From a virus (taxonomy: Duplodnaviria; Caudoviricetes), in IMG/VR virus record IMGVR_UViG_3300031519_003798, positions 1-26,072 of that record: a DNA stretch of 26,072 bases. One strand, 5' to 3'. Numbering within the stretch: position 1 is the first letter of the stretch; each line of letters begins with the position of its first letter. The notes below the pieces were generated by a model, which worked only from the letters and a program-made list of their open reading frames with translations, was not told the DNA's origin and did no database searches. Shown one piece after another: positions 6,454 to 15,566 of this stretch. The translations under genes and the position numbers were made by a program.

Positions 6454-7041
6454 ATGTTTGATATTGACGCAGAGAAGGTATTGACAATCGCCCTTATGTT
6501 CATAGGGGCGGGCGTTTCTACCGTTATTTTTATGTGGCGTGTCTTTAGTGTGACGAAGAAGTTTATCACTAATCAGGAGACTATGAAATCTGCACTTCGC
6601 ACTATCAACAAGGAGCTTACTACGAACGGTGGAAGCTCTGTTAAAGATATGATCCTGCTTCTAAACGGGGTTTGCGGAAGAATAGAGAGACGCCAGAAGG
6701 TAATTGATCAGCGGTCCAAAACGGCTTTGGACGGTATGAATACGTGCCTATTTGAAATAGATAGGGACGGCAAGCTAGTTTGGGCTAATGAACTTTTTCG
6801 CCAACATACCTCTGGCTATGGGGACATTAGACAGGGGCTAGACTGGATAGTCATTATAGAGGAAGGGGAGAGAGAGGAGTTCTTAACTGAACTAAAATCC
6901 TGCCTTGAAATGTCTAGAAAGATCGAGATAGAGACTATGTCCGCAGAGGGGCATCAAATTCACCTAACGGGAAAGCCCTATCGCGTGGGAGATGGACAAC
7001 ACGAAGGGTTCATAATTCAAATTTGTAAATTGGAGAAATAA
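6454..7041 (+). CDS. Membrane protein: TM helix, coiled coil and C-terminal PAS-like domain
   Basis: N-terminal TM. LFEIDRDGKLVWANELF...GLDWIVIIEEGEREEF matches the PAS pattern (D-x-x-G-x-x-x-x-x-N...W...IHPED-like). Confidence 0.75.
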   Translation: MFDIDAEKVLTIALMFIGAGVSTVIFMWRVFSVTKKFITNQETMKSALRTINKELTTNGGSSVKDMILLLNGVCGRIERRQKVIDQRSKTALDGMNTCLFEIDRDGKLVWANELFRQHTSGYGDIRQGLDWIVIIEEGEREEFLTELKSCLEMSRKIEIETMSAEGHQIHLTGKPYRVGDGQHEGFIIQICKLEK

Positions 7042-7043
7042 TA

Positions 7044-7268
7044 ATGGGATCAAAAAAATTCACACTCGATCTAGGTGACGCAGGTGTTCTAATTAAGAAC
7101 GCTTTATTTGTCGGTGCCGCAGCGGGTGTAACATATATTGCTCAAAACCTTGGAGACTTAGACGTTGGAGACATGGGTGCCCTTTTAGTGCCCGTTGTTG
7201 CTGTAGCTCTTGATGCCGTTGTAAAATGGTTTAAAGACAATCAGACTGACAAAGAAGACAAGGAGTAG
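7044..7268 (+). CDS. Holin-like two-TM protein
   Basis: 74 aa with two hydrophobic segments and a highly charged C-terminal tail (KDNQTDKEDKE). Directly upstream of a hydrolase. Confidence 0.55.
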   Translation: MGSKKFTLDLGDAGVLIKNALFVGAAAGVTYIAQNLGDLDVGDMGALLVPVVAVALDAVVKWFKDNQTDKEDKE

Positions 7269-7271
7269 CAT

Positions 7272-8198
7272 ATGACGGAGTTTAAGACACCTAGAGAAAC
7301 TCTGAACGCATACAAGTCGGGCTTTTCCGGCTCTGTGTGTGATCCAGAAGAAACAGCGGAGCTGCTCTCTGAGTTGAAAACTCCCTTATTTGGTGCAACG
7401 GCTTATCGACTATATGGCTCAGGGGAAGGGAAATTATCCCTTCCCTTTAAGTCTTTATTGAAGTTCGATCCCGGTCACGGTCCAGCCGAAGGGCAAACGA
7501 CTGGAGACTGTGTAAGTCACTCTACCAGAAATGCGGTAGATGTAACTCGTGCTGTTGAAATTGACATAAGGGGAGAAGCTGAGTCGTTTGAAGCTAGAAG
7601 TGCCACAGAGGGCATTTATCAAGCAAGGAACGGCAACGGGCAAGGAATGTCCTGCTCAACAGCGGCACGCTACGTTAGCCAGAATGGGGGAATCTTGCTC
7701 CGCAAAGACTATGGAGGGGTTGACTTGTCAACTTACAACTCCAACATCGGTGATGGCAAGCGTATTCCTCGCAATATCTGGGTTACAGAAGCAAAGAAAC
7801 ATCAAGTTAAGACGGTGAGCATGGTTACAACCGTTCAAGAGGCACGAGACGCCCTTGCGAATGGCTATGCTCTATCCGTCTGCTCTGGATATGGATTCTC
7901 TTCAAGGAGAGACTCTAAGGGGGTTGCAAAGCAATCGGGTGGATGGAATCACGGAATGGCTTGGACTGCCTGCGACGACACTCGCGAGAGATACAACGAA
8001 ACGCTGTTCCTTATTCAGAACAGTTGGGGGCTTTGGAATTCAGGCCCCAAAGCTCATGGGCAGCCAGACGGTAGTTTTTGGATTCGAGAGGGAGCTGCTA
8101 GGGGAATGCTAGCAGAACAGGGGACTTGGGTCTTCAGCCATGTAGACGGCTTCCCTGCTAGGGATTTACCAGACTACGGCACTAGCTCTTATTTGTAG
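7272..8198 (+). CDS. Papain-like cysteine peptidase (C1 family)
   Basis: Q-TTGD-C (oxyanion Gln and catalytic Cys), WNHGMA (His) and IQNSWG (Asn), plus DGSFWI. No signal peptide. Confidence 0.9.
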   Translation: MTEFKTPRETLNAYKSGFSGSVCDPEETAELLSELKTPLFGATAYRLYGSGEGKLSLPFKSLLKFDPGHGPAEGQTTGDCVSHSTRNAVDVTRAVEIDIRGEAESFEARSATEGIYQARNGNGQGMSCSTAARYVSQNGGILLRKDYGGVDLSTYNSNIGDGKRIPRNIWVTEAKKHQVKTVSMVTTVQEARDALANGYALSVCSGYGFSSRRDSKGVAKQSGGWNHGMAWTACDDTRERYNETLFLIQNSWGLWNSGPKAHGQPDGSFWIREGAARGMLAEQGTWVFSHVDGFPARDLPDYGTSSYL

Positions 8199-8208
8199 GA
8201 AGCAAATT

Positions 8209-8835
8209 ATGTTTAAATATCTTTTCTTGGCGACAGCCCTATTGGTCGCATCAACGAACTCGGCTGACTATCGCCCGTTCATTTCTACTCAGCTAGCTAA
8301 GGCTATCATGTTGAGCGATAACGTTCCAGATGACAATCAACCCAAAAAGCTGTGTGACGGCTCCGGTTGGATAAAGCACATGGACGGTCATAAAACGCCC
8401 TGTCCCGGCTGTGAAGCCTGTGAGGGCGATGAGCCAACGGCAGGATGCCAATGTGGCTGCGGTAAGCCTGACTGTAAATGCTCAGTAAGTAGCTCTTGCG
8501 AAACCAAAGCTGTCGCGGAGCCTAAGCCCACCCTTTTCATTTACCATATGGGTGCAGACTGGTGCCCTCCGTGCGTTAGGTTAAAAAGAGAAACGTGGAG
8601 TGACGCTGAGCTAAAAAAGTTCATGTCTGACAACGGGGTTGAGCTGTATACATTTGATAATGACAAACCAGAACACGCAAAATACTTCGAGTACTATAAC
8701 GTTTCAACGCTTCCCACAATTATTATTCTAAGGTCTGACGATCTTAATAATCCTATAGAGTCAACAGTAGGGTTTAAGGATTCTAAGGCTATTCAAGCCC
8801 TCTTGAAGTCAAAGATGACCCCAGATGAGCAATAA
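8209..8835 (+). CDS. Exported thioredoxin-domain protein with Cys-rich N-terminal region
   Basis: Signal peptide MFKYLFLATALLVA. Cys-rich CDGSG...CPGCEAC...CQCGCGKPDCKC. Trx fold ADWCPPC...LPTIII...GFK. Confidence 0.88.
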   Translation: MFKYLFLATALLVASTNSADYRPFISTQLAKAIMLSDNVPDDNQPKKLCDGSGWIKHMDGHKTPCPGCEACEGDEPTAGCQCGCGKPDCKCSVSSSCETKAVAEPKPTLFIYHMGADWCPPCVRLKRETWSDAELKKFMSDNGVELYTFDNDKPEHAKYFEYYNVSTLPTIIILRSDDLNNPIESTVGFKDSKAIQALLKSKMTPDEQ

Positions 8836-9190
8836 TATAAGTGGTGACAGAAAACAGTTAGTAAAAGTGGCCCTGCGTATAAACACTCAGGCCAATTCTG
8901 AAAACGATAAATTCGGCATTGACCCACTGACCGTCATCACTATTGTGAACCTGATTCTAACACTAATTAAACTGCTTAATAGATGCAGATCAGAGGCAAG
9001 GGTAAACAAAACTATTAGGAGACCCGGACCTATTGTTCGGCTCTTAATGAGAAGACAGATTGCTAAAGAGTACCCCTCTAGCGAACGTAAAGCTGTATAC
9101 AATGCGGTTCTAAAGGAATCGAAAGAAATGTCTGACGAAGAGTTGGACGGAATAATCAATTACTACAAAGAGATGGAGAGAAAAGAATGA
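8825..9190 (+). CDS. Hypothetical membrane protein
   Basis: Internal TM IDPLTVITIVNLILTLIKLL followed by a basic segment. Overlapping start/stop with neighbours. Confidence 0.7.
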   Translation: MSNNISGDRKQLVKVALRINTQANSENDKFGIDPLTVITIVNLILTLIKLLNRCRSEARVNKTIRRPGPIVRLLMRRQIAKEYPSSERKAVYNAVLKESKEMSDEELDGIINYYKEMERKE

Positions 9191-9498
9191 CAGCATTTCA
9201 AATGATCGTGATTGGACTCGGCGTACTGCTAGGGATCGGCACCTTTGGGGGAGACCTCAAGTCTATCCTCGCTTCCATACTTAACTTTTTTAAGAAGGAT
9301 AAGGCTGCACCCGACGCCCCTGAAGCAGAAACAGAGAACTCTTTAGCAGAAGTAGTTATTTGCTGGGAACGCCTGCAAGAGGAACTGAAAGGAAGAGGGC
9401 TTAACAAAGCAGCTTCAGAACTCAGTAAAATCTTCCCTCTGTTTGTAGAAGCCGTCCAAGAAGAGACTGAGACCAAAGTTAAAAAAAAGGGGGCGTAA
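9187..9498 (+). CDS. Hypothetical membrane-anchored protein
   Basis: N-terminal TM, helical C-terminus, ATGA overlap, RBS GGAG. Confidence 0.7.
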   Translation: MTAFQMIVIGLGVLLGIGTFGGDLKSILASILNFFKKDKAAPDAPEAETENSLAEVVICWERLQEELKGRGLNKAASELSKIFPLFVEAVQEETETKVKKKGA

Positions 9499-9499
9499 G

Positions 9500-9982
9500 A
9501 TGAGCAAGAAAACAAGACTTCTAACATCAATAGCTCTGATTGTGTTTGGACTCTTCGGAGAGCCAGTCTTTGACTTCGTAAAAGACAATGTAGATATCAA
9601 GTTTTGGCCCGATGATACCCCCGTGGTTGTTGTTGACGAGCCGTCTCTACAGTACCAAGACATGGTAGAGGGCGTTGTGGCTATTGATATTAAAAAAGAA
9701 GACGCAAACTTTATCGCCCCTTTCTTTGCAGAGGTGGCGTCCGTGATTGAGACCGATCCCGGCTTTTTAAAGTCAACTGGACAGTTCAGAGACTTTAACA
9801 CCATTGCTGGTCAGTTACACTTCGCTGGCTCAGACCTGAAGGGTAAATATCCCAGTCTCGCTAAGTCAATAGACGCATCAATTATTGCTGCGATTGGGAA
9901 AAAGAACGAACCTCTCACTGATGAAAAGCGTGAGAATCTGATCTCTATTCTAGAAGCCGTCTCTTGGGGAGTGCGTCAATGA
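9500..9982 (+). CDS. Hypothetical exported or membrane-anchored helical protein
   Basis: Basic N-terminus plus hydrophobic stretch, a Pro/Val/Asp linker, and an all-helical domain. Confidence 0.75.
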   Translation: MSKKTRLLTSIALIVFGLFGEPVFDFVKDNVDIKFWPDDTPVVVVDEPSLQYQDMVEGVVAIDIKKEDANFIAPFFAEVASVIETDPGFLKSTGQFRDFNTIAGQLHFAGSDLKGKYPSLAKSIDASIIAAIGKKNEPLTDEKRENLISILEAVSWGVRQ

Positions 9983-10227
9983 TCATAGAGAAAATCGTTG
10001 AAGCTGTTCTTGAGCATTTCGATATCACAAGGGAGCAGGTTGACAGGGCAAAAGAGATAGTAGACATGGTTGAGTTCAAAGAAGTAAACGGAAAGAGAAT
10101 AGCCTATGTCACGGTTGGAGAAGGTGTTGAGGTTAAAATTGTCCAACCAGAAAAAACATACAGCAATCAAGGGCCACAAAAGACAAACAAGGCAGACAAC
10201 TTGGAAAAAGTCTTACGCCCTCGCTAA
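9979..10227 (+). CDS. Hypothetical protein
   Basis: ATGA overlap at 9979 with RBS GGGAG. Ends just before a terminator. Confidence 0.7.
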   Translation: MIIEKIVEAVLEHFDITREQVDRAKEIVDMVEFKEVNGKRIAYVTVGEGVEVKIVQPEKTYSNQGPQKTNKADNLEKVLRPR

Positions 10228-10249
10228 CTACAAACGCTAAAAACATAAC

Positions 10250-10289
10250 AGACCCTCTCGTGATAAAAGTCGCGGAAGGGTCTTTTTTT
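10250..10289 (+). terminator. Rho-independent terminator
   Basis: AGACCCT...AGGGTCT stem with inner pairing, followed by a T-run. Confidence 0.8.
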
Positions 10290-10378
10290 GTACTTTTTGG
10301 TAGGCATTTAGGCGACATCTGGCTATAATAGAGTGTCCATCTTTGAGTAATCATTTTAACAACAAGGGAATACATTAA

Positions 10379-12604
10379 ATGCAAGTGACCAAAAGGTCTG
10401 GGGAGAAGGAAGACTTCTCTGTCGAAAAAATACACAAGGTAGTAGACTGGGCTACAGATGGAATAAACGGAGTAAGTCTTTCGGATATTGAAATGAATGC
10501 AAATCTCTCTCTCTACGATGGAGTTCCTACAGATGACATTCATAGCATCCTAATAAAGAGTGCCAACGATCTTATTTCAACGTCCGCTCCTAATTACCAG
10601 TATGTTGCGTCACGCCTTCTGAGTATGCAGCTTCGTAAGGATGTTTGGGGTTCCACTTCTCCCACGGATTTTCTTATTTTCCTACAAAGAAATGTGGACA
10701 ACGGAGTTTATGACTCCGAGTTATTAACAAAATGGACCAACGAAGAAGTGGACTCTCTAGGGAAGTACTTAAATCATTCTCGTGACGATCAGTTCACCTA
10801 TGCGGGCCTACAGCAGCTAGTTGACAAGTATCTAGTAAAGAACCGTAGCACTGGAGAAATATACGAGACCCCACAGTTTGCCTATATGTGCATCGCCATG
10901 TGCCTGTTTGATACCCTAGAAGAAGTGAAGCGTGCCTACGACACCTATTCTTTATTCAAGATCAACCTACCCACCCCAATCATGGCCGGTGTCCGTACTA
11001 CCATTCGTCAGTTTGCCAGTTGTGTCCTCGTTGACATTGGTGACGATTTAGATTCTATCTTTAGTAGTATACATGCTGTTGGACGCTACACGGCAAGGCG
11101 AGCGGGCATTGGTCTTAACATCGGAAGGATGAGACCCATCAACTCTCCCATCAGGGGAGGAGAAGTAATCCACACTGGGCTTATTCCCTACCTCAAAAAC
11201 TTCGAGTCTTGCGTAAAGTCTACGAGTCAGAACGGCATACGTGGAGGTTCCGCTACGGTACACGTTCCTTTCTGGCATTATGAAGTGGAAGACATTTTAG
11301 TTCTAAAGAACAACGCTGGAACAGATGACAATCGTGTTCGCAAGTTAGACTATAGCATCCAATTCTGTAAGCTGTTCTACGAGCGTCTAATTAAAAACGA
11401 GGATATCACCCTATTCAGCCCCCATGAGACTAAGGGTTTGTACGAGGCGTTCGGAGACAATGAGAAGTTTGAGAAGCTATATTTAAAATATGAGAATGCT
11501 CGCTCCCTCAAGTTCAAAAAGAAGATTCCGGCAAGAAAACTCGCTGAGATTTATGCCAGAGAGAGGCTAGAGACTGGTCGTATATACAGCATGAACATCG
11601 ACACCGTAAACGAACATGGGTCGTGGGATGTTTCTGTTTACATGTCTAATCTCTGTCAGGAGATTCTTCACCCTACGACTCCTATTAAGTCTATTGATGA
11701 TCCTGACGGCGAAATTGGTATCTGCATGTTGGCTGCATTAAATCTTCTTGAGCTAAATAGTGAAAAAGAAATTGAAAATGCTTGCAGAGTAGCTGTTCGC
11801 ACTCTGGATTCAATCATTGACTACCAAGACTACCCTGTGAAAGCGGGAGAGAACTTCACGAAAAACAGACGCTCTCTAGGCATTGGGATTACCAACTTGG
11901 CGGGTTTCTTAGCTAAGAACAAGCTAAAGTACGGAGACCCCGAAGCCCTAAGTCTTATCCATGAAACTATGGAACAGATCCAGTGGCACCTACTGAGTGC
12001 AAGCTGTGACTTAGCGAAAGAGAAGGGAAAATGCCCTAAATTTGACGAAACAAAGTACGCAAAAGGGCTGTTACCTACAGATTGGTACAAAAAAACTGTT
12101 GACAACCTCGTAAAGCCCGTGTATAATATGGACTGGGAAGAGTTGAGAGAGAGAATTAAGGAGCATGGGCTTCGACACTCTACGGTGTCCGCTCAGATGC
12201 CCTGTGAGTCCTCTAGCTTGATCCAGAACAGCACAAACGGACAAGAAGTGGTAAGAAGCCTATTGACATCCAAGAAGGCTAAGAATGGCATTTTGAAGCA
12301 AATTGCTCCAAATTATCACACAAGAAAGAGTTATTATACTTTAGCATGGGACATGGAGTCAAACAAGGGCATTTTAGACACGGCTGCTGTTATGCAGAAG
12401 TTTATCGACATGGGAATGAGTACTAACACGTATTACAATTATTCCCACTACCAAGATGGCAACATCCCTCTGAGTGTGATAATCAAAGATCAAATATACG
12501 CATACCAACATGGCCTAAAGAACCTCTACTACGCCAATACACCAGATGCAGACGGGGAAACTGAGAAAGACTTAGGGTGTGAAGGTGGAGCTTGTAGCAT
12601 ATGA
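10379..12604 (+). CDS. nrdA: Ribonucleotide reductase class Ia alpha subunit
   Basis: ATP cone VTKRSG, PTPIMAG, QFASCVL, SNLCQEI (thiyl Cys), LYY, and C-terminal CEGGAC. Confidence 0.98.
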   Translation: MQVTKRSGEKEDFSVEKIHKVVDWATDGINGVSLSDIEMNANLSLYDGVPTDDIHSILIKSANDLISTSAPNYQYVASRLLSMQLRKDVWGSTSPTDFLIFLQRNVDNGVYDSELLTKWTNEEVDSLGKYLNHSRDDQFTYAGLQQLVDKYLVKNRSTGEIYETPQFAYMCIAMCLFDTLEEVKRAYDTYSLFKINLPTPIMAGVRTTIRQFASCVLVDIGDDLDSIFSSIHAVGRYTARRAGIGLNIGRMRPINSPIRGGEVIHTGLIPYLKNFESCVKSTSQNGIRGGSATVHVPFWHYEVEDILVLKNNAGTDDNRVRKLDYSIQFCKLFYERLIKNEDITLFSPHETKGLYEAFGDNEKFEKLYLKYENARSLKFKKKIPARKLAEIYARERLETGRIYSMNIDTVNEHGSWDVSVYMSNLCQEILHPTTPIKSIDDPDGEIGICMLAALNLLELNSEKEIENACRVAVRTLDSIIDYQDYPVKAGENFTKNRRSLGIGITNLAGFLAKNKLKYGDPEALSLIHETMEQIQWHLLSASCDLAKEKGKCPKFDETKYAKGLLPTDWYKKTVDNLVKPVYNMDWEELRERIKEHGLRHSTVSAQMPCESSSLIQNSTNGQEVVRSLLTSKKAKNGILKQIAPNYHTRKSYYTLAWDMESNKGILDTAAVMQKFIDMGMSTNTYYNYSHYQDGNIPLSVIIKDQIYAYQHGLKNLYYANTPDADGETEKDLGCEGGACSI

Positions 12605-12643
12605 CATTCAGCAACTTAAACTATGATGAGGATTACAACACCG

Positions 12644-13729
12644 ATGAAAACGATTTTCAATCTTAAAAACATTGACCCTATGAAACAGCCCCTATTCTTG
12701 GGTAAAGACTTGGGGGTTCAACGTTACGATGTTCTCAAGTATCCAGTCTTCAAAGACTTGGACAGCAAGCAGATGATGAACTTCTGGCGTCCAGAAGAAA
12801 TGGAATTGAAGAAAGATCGCTCTGACTTCAAGGAAATGTCCGACAACGAGAAATTCATCTTCACTTCAAACCTCAAGTATCAGACGATGCTGGACAGCGT
12901 TATCTGTAGAGGTGTGCCTACACTTCTACAGTATGTGACTAACACTGAGCTAGAAGCCTGCATGATGACATGGCAATTCTTCGAGAAAATTCACTCTCAA
13001 AGCTATTCTTACATCATTCAGAACGTTTACTCTGACAGCCGAGAGGTTTTTAGTGGAATTTATGAAGATAAAGAGATAATTAAGCGGGCAAAAGGGGCTA
13101 TTGAGGACTATAATAACCTGATGGGTATGGCTAAGCAGACTACGGCGACCCACGAGATAAAAGAGCAAATCTACATGACCGTGATGAGCATCAACATTCT
13201 GGAAGCTGTCCGGTTCTATGTGTCGTTCGTGTGTAGCTTTGCCTTCGCAGAGAACAAGAAGATGGTCGGCAATGCCGACATTATCAAATTGATCAAGCGA
13301 GATGAAGCACTCCACCTGTCAAGTACTCAGGAAATCCTCAAGATTCTAAATAAAGAAGAGTCTGAGGGGTTTATCAAGACCTCTCAAGACTGCGAAGAGC
13401 GAGCCGTTGCCATGTTTGAAAGGGCCGCACTAGAAGAAAAGGAGTGGGCGTCATATCTATTTAAAGATGGCTCCATTCTTGGTCTGAACGAGCATGTCCT
13501 TCACCAATACATTGATTGGCTTTGTATGTCTAGACGTAAGAATATTGGTCTGCCATACGAAAACGTTGGGAAGAACCCTATTGCTGGATGGACACAGCAC
13601 TGGATGAGTAGCGAAGGCGTTCAGGTCGCCCCTCAGGAGCATGAGATTACCAGTTACAAAATTGGGGCTAGCAAGAACGACTTAGACGACATGGACTTCA
13701 CAGGTATGGTTGGAGCCAACAAACTATAA
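12644..13729 (+). CDS. nrdB: Ribonucleotide reductase class Ia beta subunit
   Basis: FWRPEE, LDS, EKIHSQSY (radical Tyr), ILEAVRFYVSF, RDEALH, VAPQEHEITSY. Start at 12644 after GAGGA preferred. Confidence 0.98.
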   Translation: MKTIFNLKNIDPMKQPLFLGKDLGVQRYDVLKYPVFKDLDSKQMMNFWRPEEMELKKDRSDFKEMSDNEKFIFTSNLKYQTMLDSVICRGVPTLLQYVTNTELEACMMTWQFFEKIHSQSYSYIIQNVYSDSREVFSGIYEDKEIIKRAKGAIEDYNNLMGMAKQTTATHEIKEQIYMTVMSINILEAVRFYVSFVCSFAFAENKKMVGNADIIKLIKRDEALHLSSTQEILKILNKEESEGFIKTSQDCEERAVAMFERAALEEKEWASYLFKDGSILGLNEHVLHQYIDWLCMSRRKNIGLPYENVGKNPIAGWTQHWMSSEGVQVAPQEHEITSYKIGASKNDLDDMDFTGMVGANKL

Positions 13730-13757
13730 CAAAGAGTACTACCTTAAAAGGGTAAAA

Positions 13758-14420
13758 ATGAAAAAATCTAGACAAAAAGAAAACAAGAATAAGCTGACAC
13801 CTCTAGAAGCAAAGACTCCTAATCAAAAAGACTATATTCGTGCTATAGTAGAGAACGATGTAGTAATTTGTTCTGGACCCGCAGGTTCCGGTAAGTCTTA
13901 TATTTCAGCGGGGATGGCTGCTCACCAACTTCACAGTCCTGATAGCGAGATTAGCAAGATAGTTGTTACTCGCCCCTTGGTTTGTACAGGTAAAGACCTT
14001 GGGTCTATGCCGGGAGAGATGGGGGATAAGATTGCACCATACCTTCTTCCGATGATGGAGCATCTGAAGCACTTCCTGTCCATCGCTTGGTACGGGCACT
14101 ACTCAAATGAACAGAGCATCCAGTATCGCCCTCTTGAGGTGATGCGTGGCTCTACTTTCGATAACTCGTTCATGATTTTGGATGAGGCCCAGAACTGCAC
14201 AGTCGATCAGATTAAGATGTTCCTGTCTCGGATGGGGAAGAATTCTAAGGTTATCATCAACGGAGATGTTAATCAGAACGATCTAAGAGGGAAGAGCGGT
14301 CTTAACTTTTGCATAGAACGTTTAAGCGATATAGACAGGGTGGCCTGCTGCGAGCTTACGTATGAGGATATTCAGCGTCACGACCTTATTGGGGCGATAT
14401 TAAAAGCACTGGAGAGCTAA
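13758..14420 (+). CDS. phoH: PhoH family ATPase
   Basis: GPAGSGKS, VVTRP, MRGSTF, ILDEAQN, GDVNQND. Start is 13758 or 13710. Confidence 0.95.
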   Translation: MKKSRQKENKNKLTPLEAKTPNQKDYIRAIVENDVVICSGPAGSGKSYISAGMAAHQLHSPDSEISKIVVTRPLVCTGKDLGSMPGEMGDKIAPYLLPMMEHLKHFLSIAWYGHYSNEQSIQYRPLEVMRGSTFDNSFMILDEAQNCTVDQIKMFLSRMGKNSKVIINGDVNQNDLRGKSGLNFCIERLSDIDRVACCELTYEDIQRHDLIGAILKALES

Positions 14421-14504
14421 CTGAGTCTTCCGAAGCCCCTTACCGAAACAGGACTATTGATCTGGCTATAGAAGCCGAACTTGAGAGAGAGAGGTTAGAG
14501 AAAG

Positions 14505-14864
14505 ATGCCAACATATGATTATGAGTGTTCAGAGTGTGAACACTTGGTTGAAGACGTTGTTCAAAGGTTTAGCGAAAAACCCCTAAAGAGGTGCCCTGAG
14601 TGTGGCAAGCACAAACTTGAGCGTGTGATCTCTGGTGGACTGCTCGCTTGCGTGAAGGACGTTAAGACCATCGGACAGCTAGAAGAAAAGAACAACAAGA
14701 AGTATAAGTCTCGAATCGCAGAGGCTCAAGCTAAAAGGAGTGAGGAAACGCCAGAAGCCCCCAAGACGTGGATTGATAAACATGGAGGTGACGCCACGCC
14801 CAAAGAAATTAACAATATGACACCACAACAAAAAACACGATACATTATGGAAGGTAAGAAATGA
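14505..14864 (+). CDS. FmdB-family zinc-ribbon protein
   Basis: MPTYDYECSEC...PLKRCPECG...LERVIS. Confidence 0.88.
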   Translation: MPTYDYECSECEHLVEDVVQRFSEKPLKRCPECGKHKLERVISGGLLACVKDVKTIGQLEEKNNKKYKSRIAEAQAKRSEETPEAPKTWIDKHGGDATPKEINNMTPQQKTRYIMEGKK

Positions 14865-15217
14865 CCGAAAAGAAACCTACGAGATTTATAGGCAAAGAGG
14901 GTTTTATAGACTCTCAATCTGTTGATAAGATCTTTTTTGACAAAACCGGCACGCCTCTAGACGCAGAGGGTTTACAAAAGGTAGTCCACTACGCGAAGGC
15001 TATCGACAATGTAGACTTGGGGCGTTCTACCTATTACATCTGCACCTATCTAGGGACACCCCTAGACCCAACAGGGCCGTATGGAAGACGAGAGCGGACC
15101 CTAGACACGAAGATGAAGAGGGTTTCCAAGAACACCTTCGATCTGTACATGACGTACCTAAAAACCAATAACTCTATTTACTTAACTAAAGCACAAAGAG
15201 GAATGTTAAATGACTAA
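14861..15217 (+). CDS. Hypothetical phage protein
   Basis: ORF translationally coupled to both neighbours. Confidence 0.75.
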   Translation: MTEKKPTRFIGKEGFIDSQSVDKIFFDKTGTPLDAEGLQKVVHYAKAIDNVDLGRSTYYICTYLGTPLDPTGPYGRRERTLDTKMKRVSKNTFDLYMTYLKTNNSIYLTKAQRGMLND

Positions 15218-15566
15218 AAAGGGACCACTAAGCAAAGCTGAAAAGTTCTACATCGAAAACCATCTGAGCTTAGATGTAAAGATTCTTTGTAGAGATTTGG
15301 ATCGGACTCAGGCGGCTGTTAATAAGTTCGTTGAAACCCTACCGAAGAAAGAGGTAGCAACCACGAGTAAACAGGATGAGAAGCCTGTCGCTCCCAAGCC
15401 AAACATCTCGGATCAGTTTGCTCGCAATAAAGAGGGCGGTGCTACCATCATGACACCTAATGCGTCAGAAATGGCAGACGGCAAACGTGCCCAATACCGG
15501 AACAAAGCACTTCAGGCTAGAACTAGAAGTAGTTGTGTTACTACCATTAAGGATACCAATGGATAA
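15210..15566 (+). CDS. Hypothetical protein, possible N-terminal HTH
   Basis: LSKAEKFYIENH...VKILCRDLDRTQAAV resembles a Myb/HTH unit. RBS GAGG. Confidence 0.7.
   Translation: MTKKGPLSKAEKFYIENHLSLDVKILCRDLDRTQAAVNKFVETLPKKEVATTSKQDEKPVAPKPNISDQFARNKEGGATIMTPNASEMADGKRAQYRNKALQARTRSSCVTTIKDTNG

Noticed and set aside
8209-8835. Thioredoxin as the electron donor for NrdAB
   Set aside because: It has a signal peptide and is separated from nrdA by a terminator. Disfavoured but not excluded.
9187-9982. Classical i-spanin/o-spanin pair
   Set aside because: Neither gene has a lipobox Cys after a signal peptide, and I saw no embedded lipoprotein ORF. At most they are functional analogues.
4088-12128. 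GTGTATAATA copies at 4088-97 and 12119-28
   Set aside because: Both lie inside coding sequence (V-Y-N-I/M codons) and far from gene starts, so they cannot be supported as promoters.
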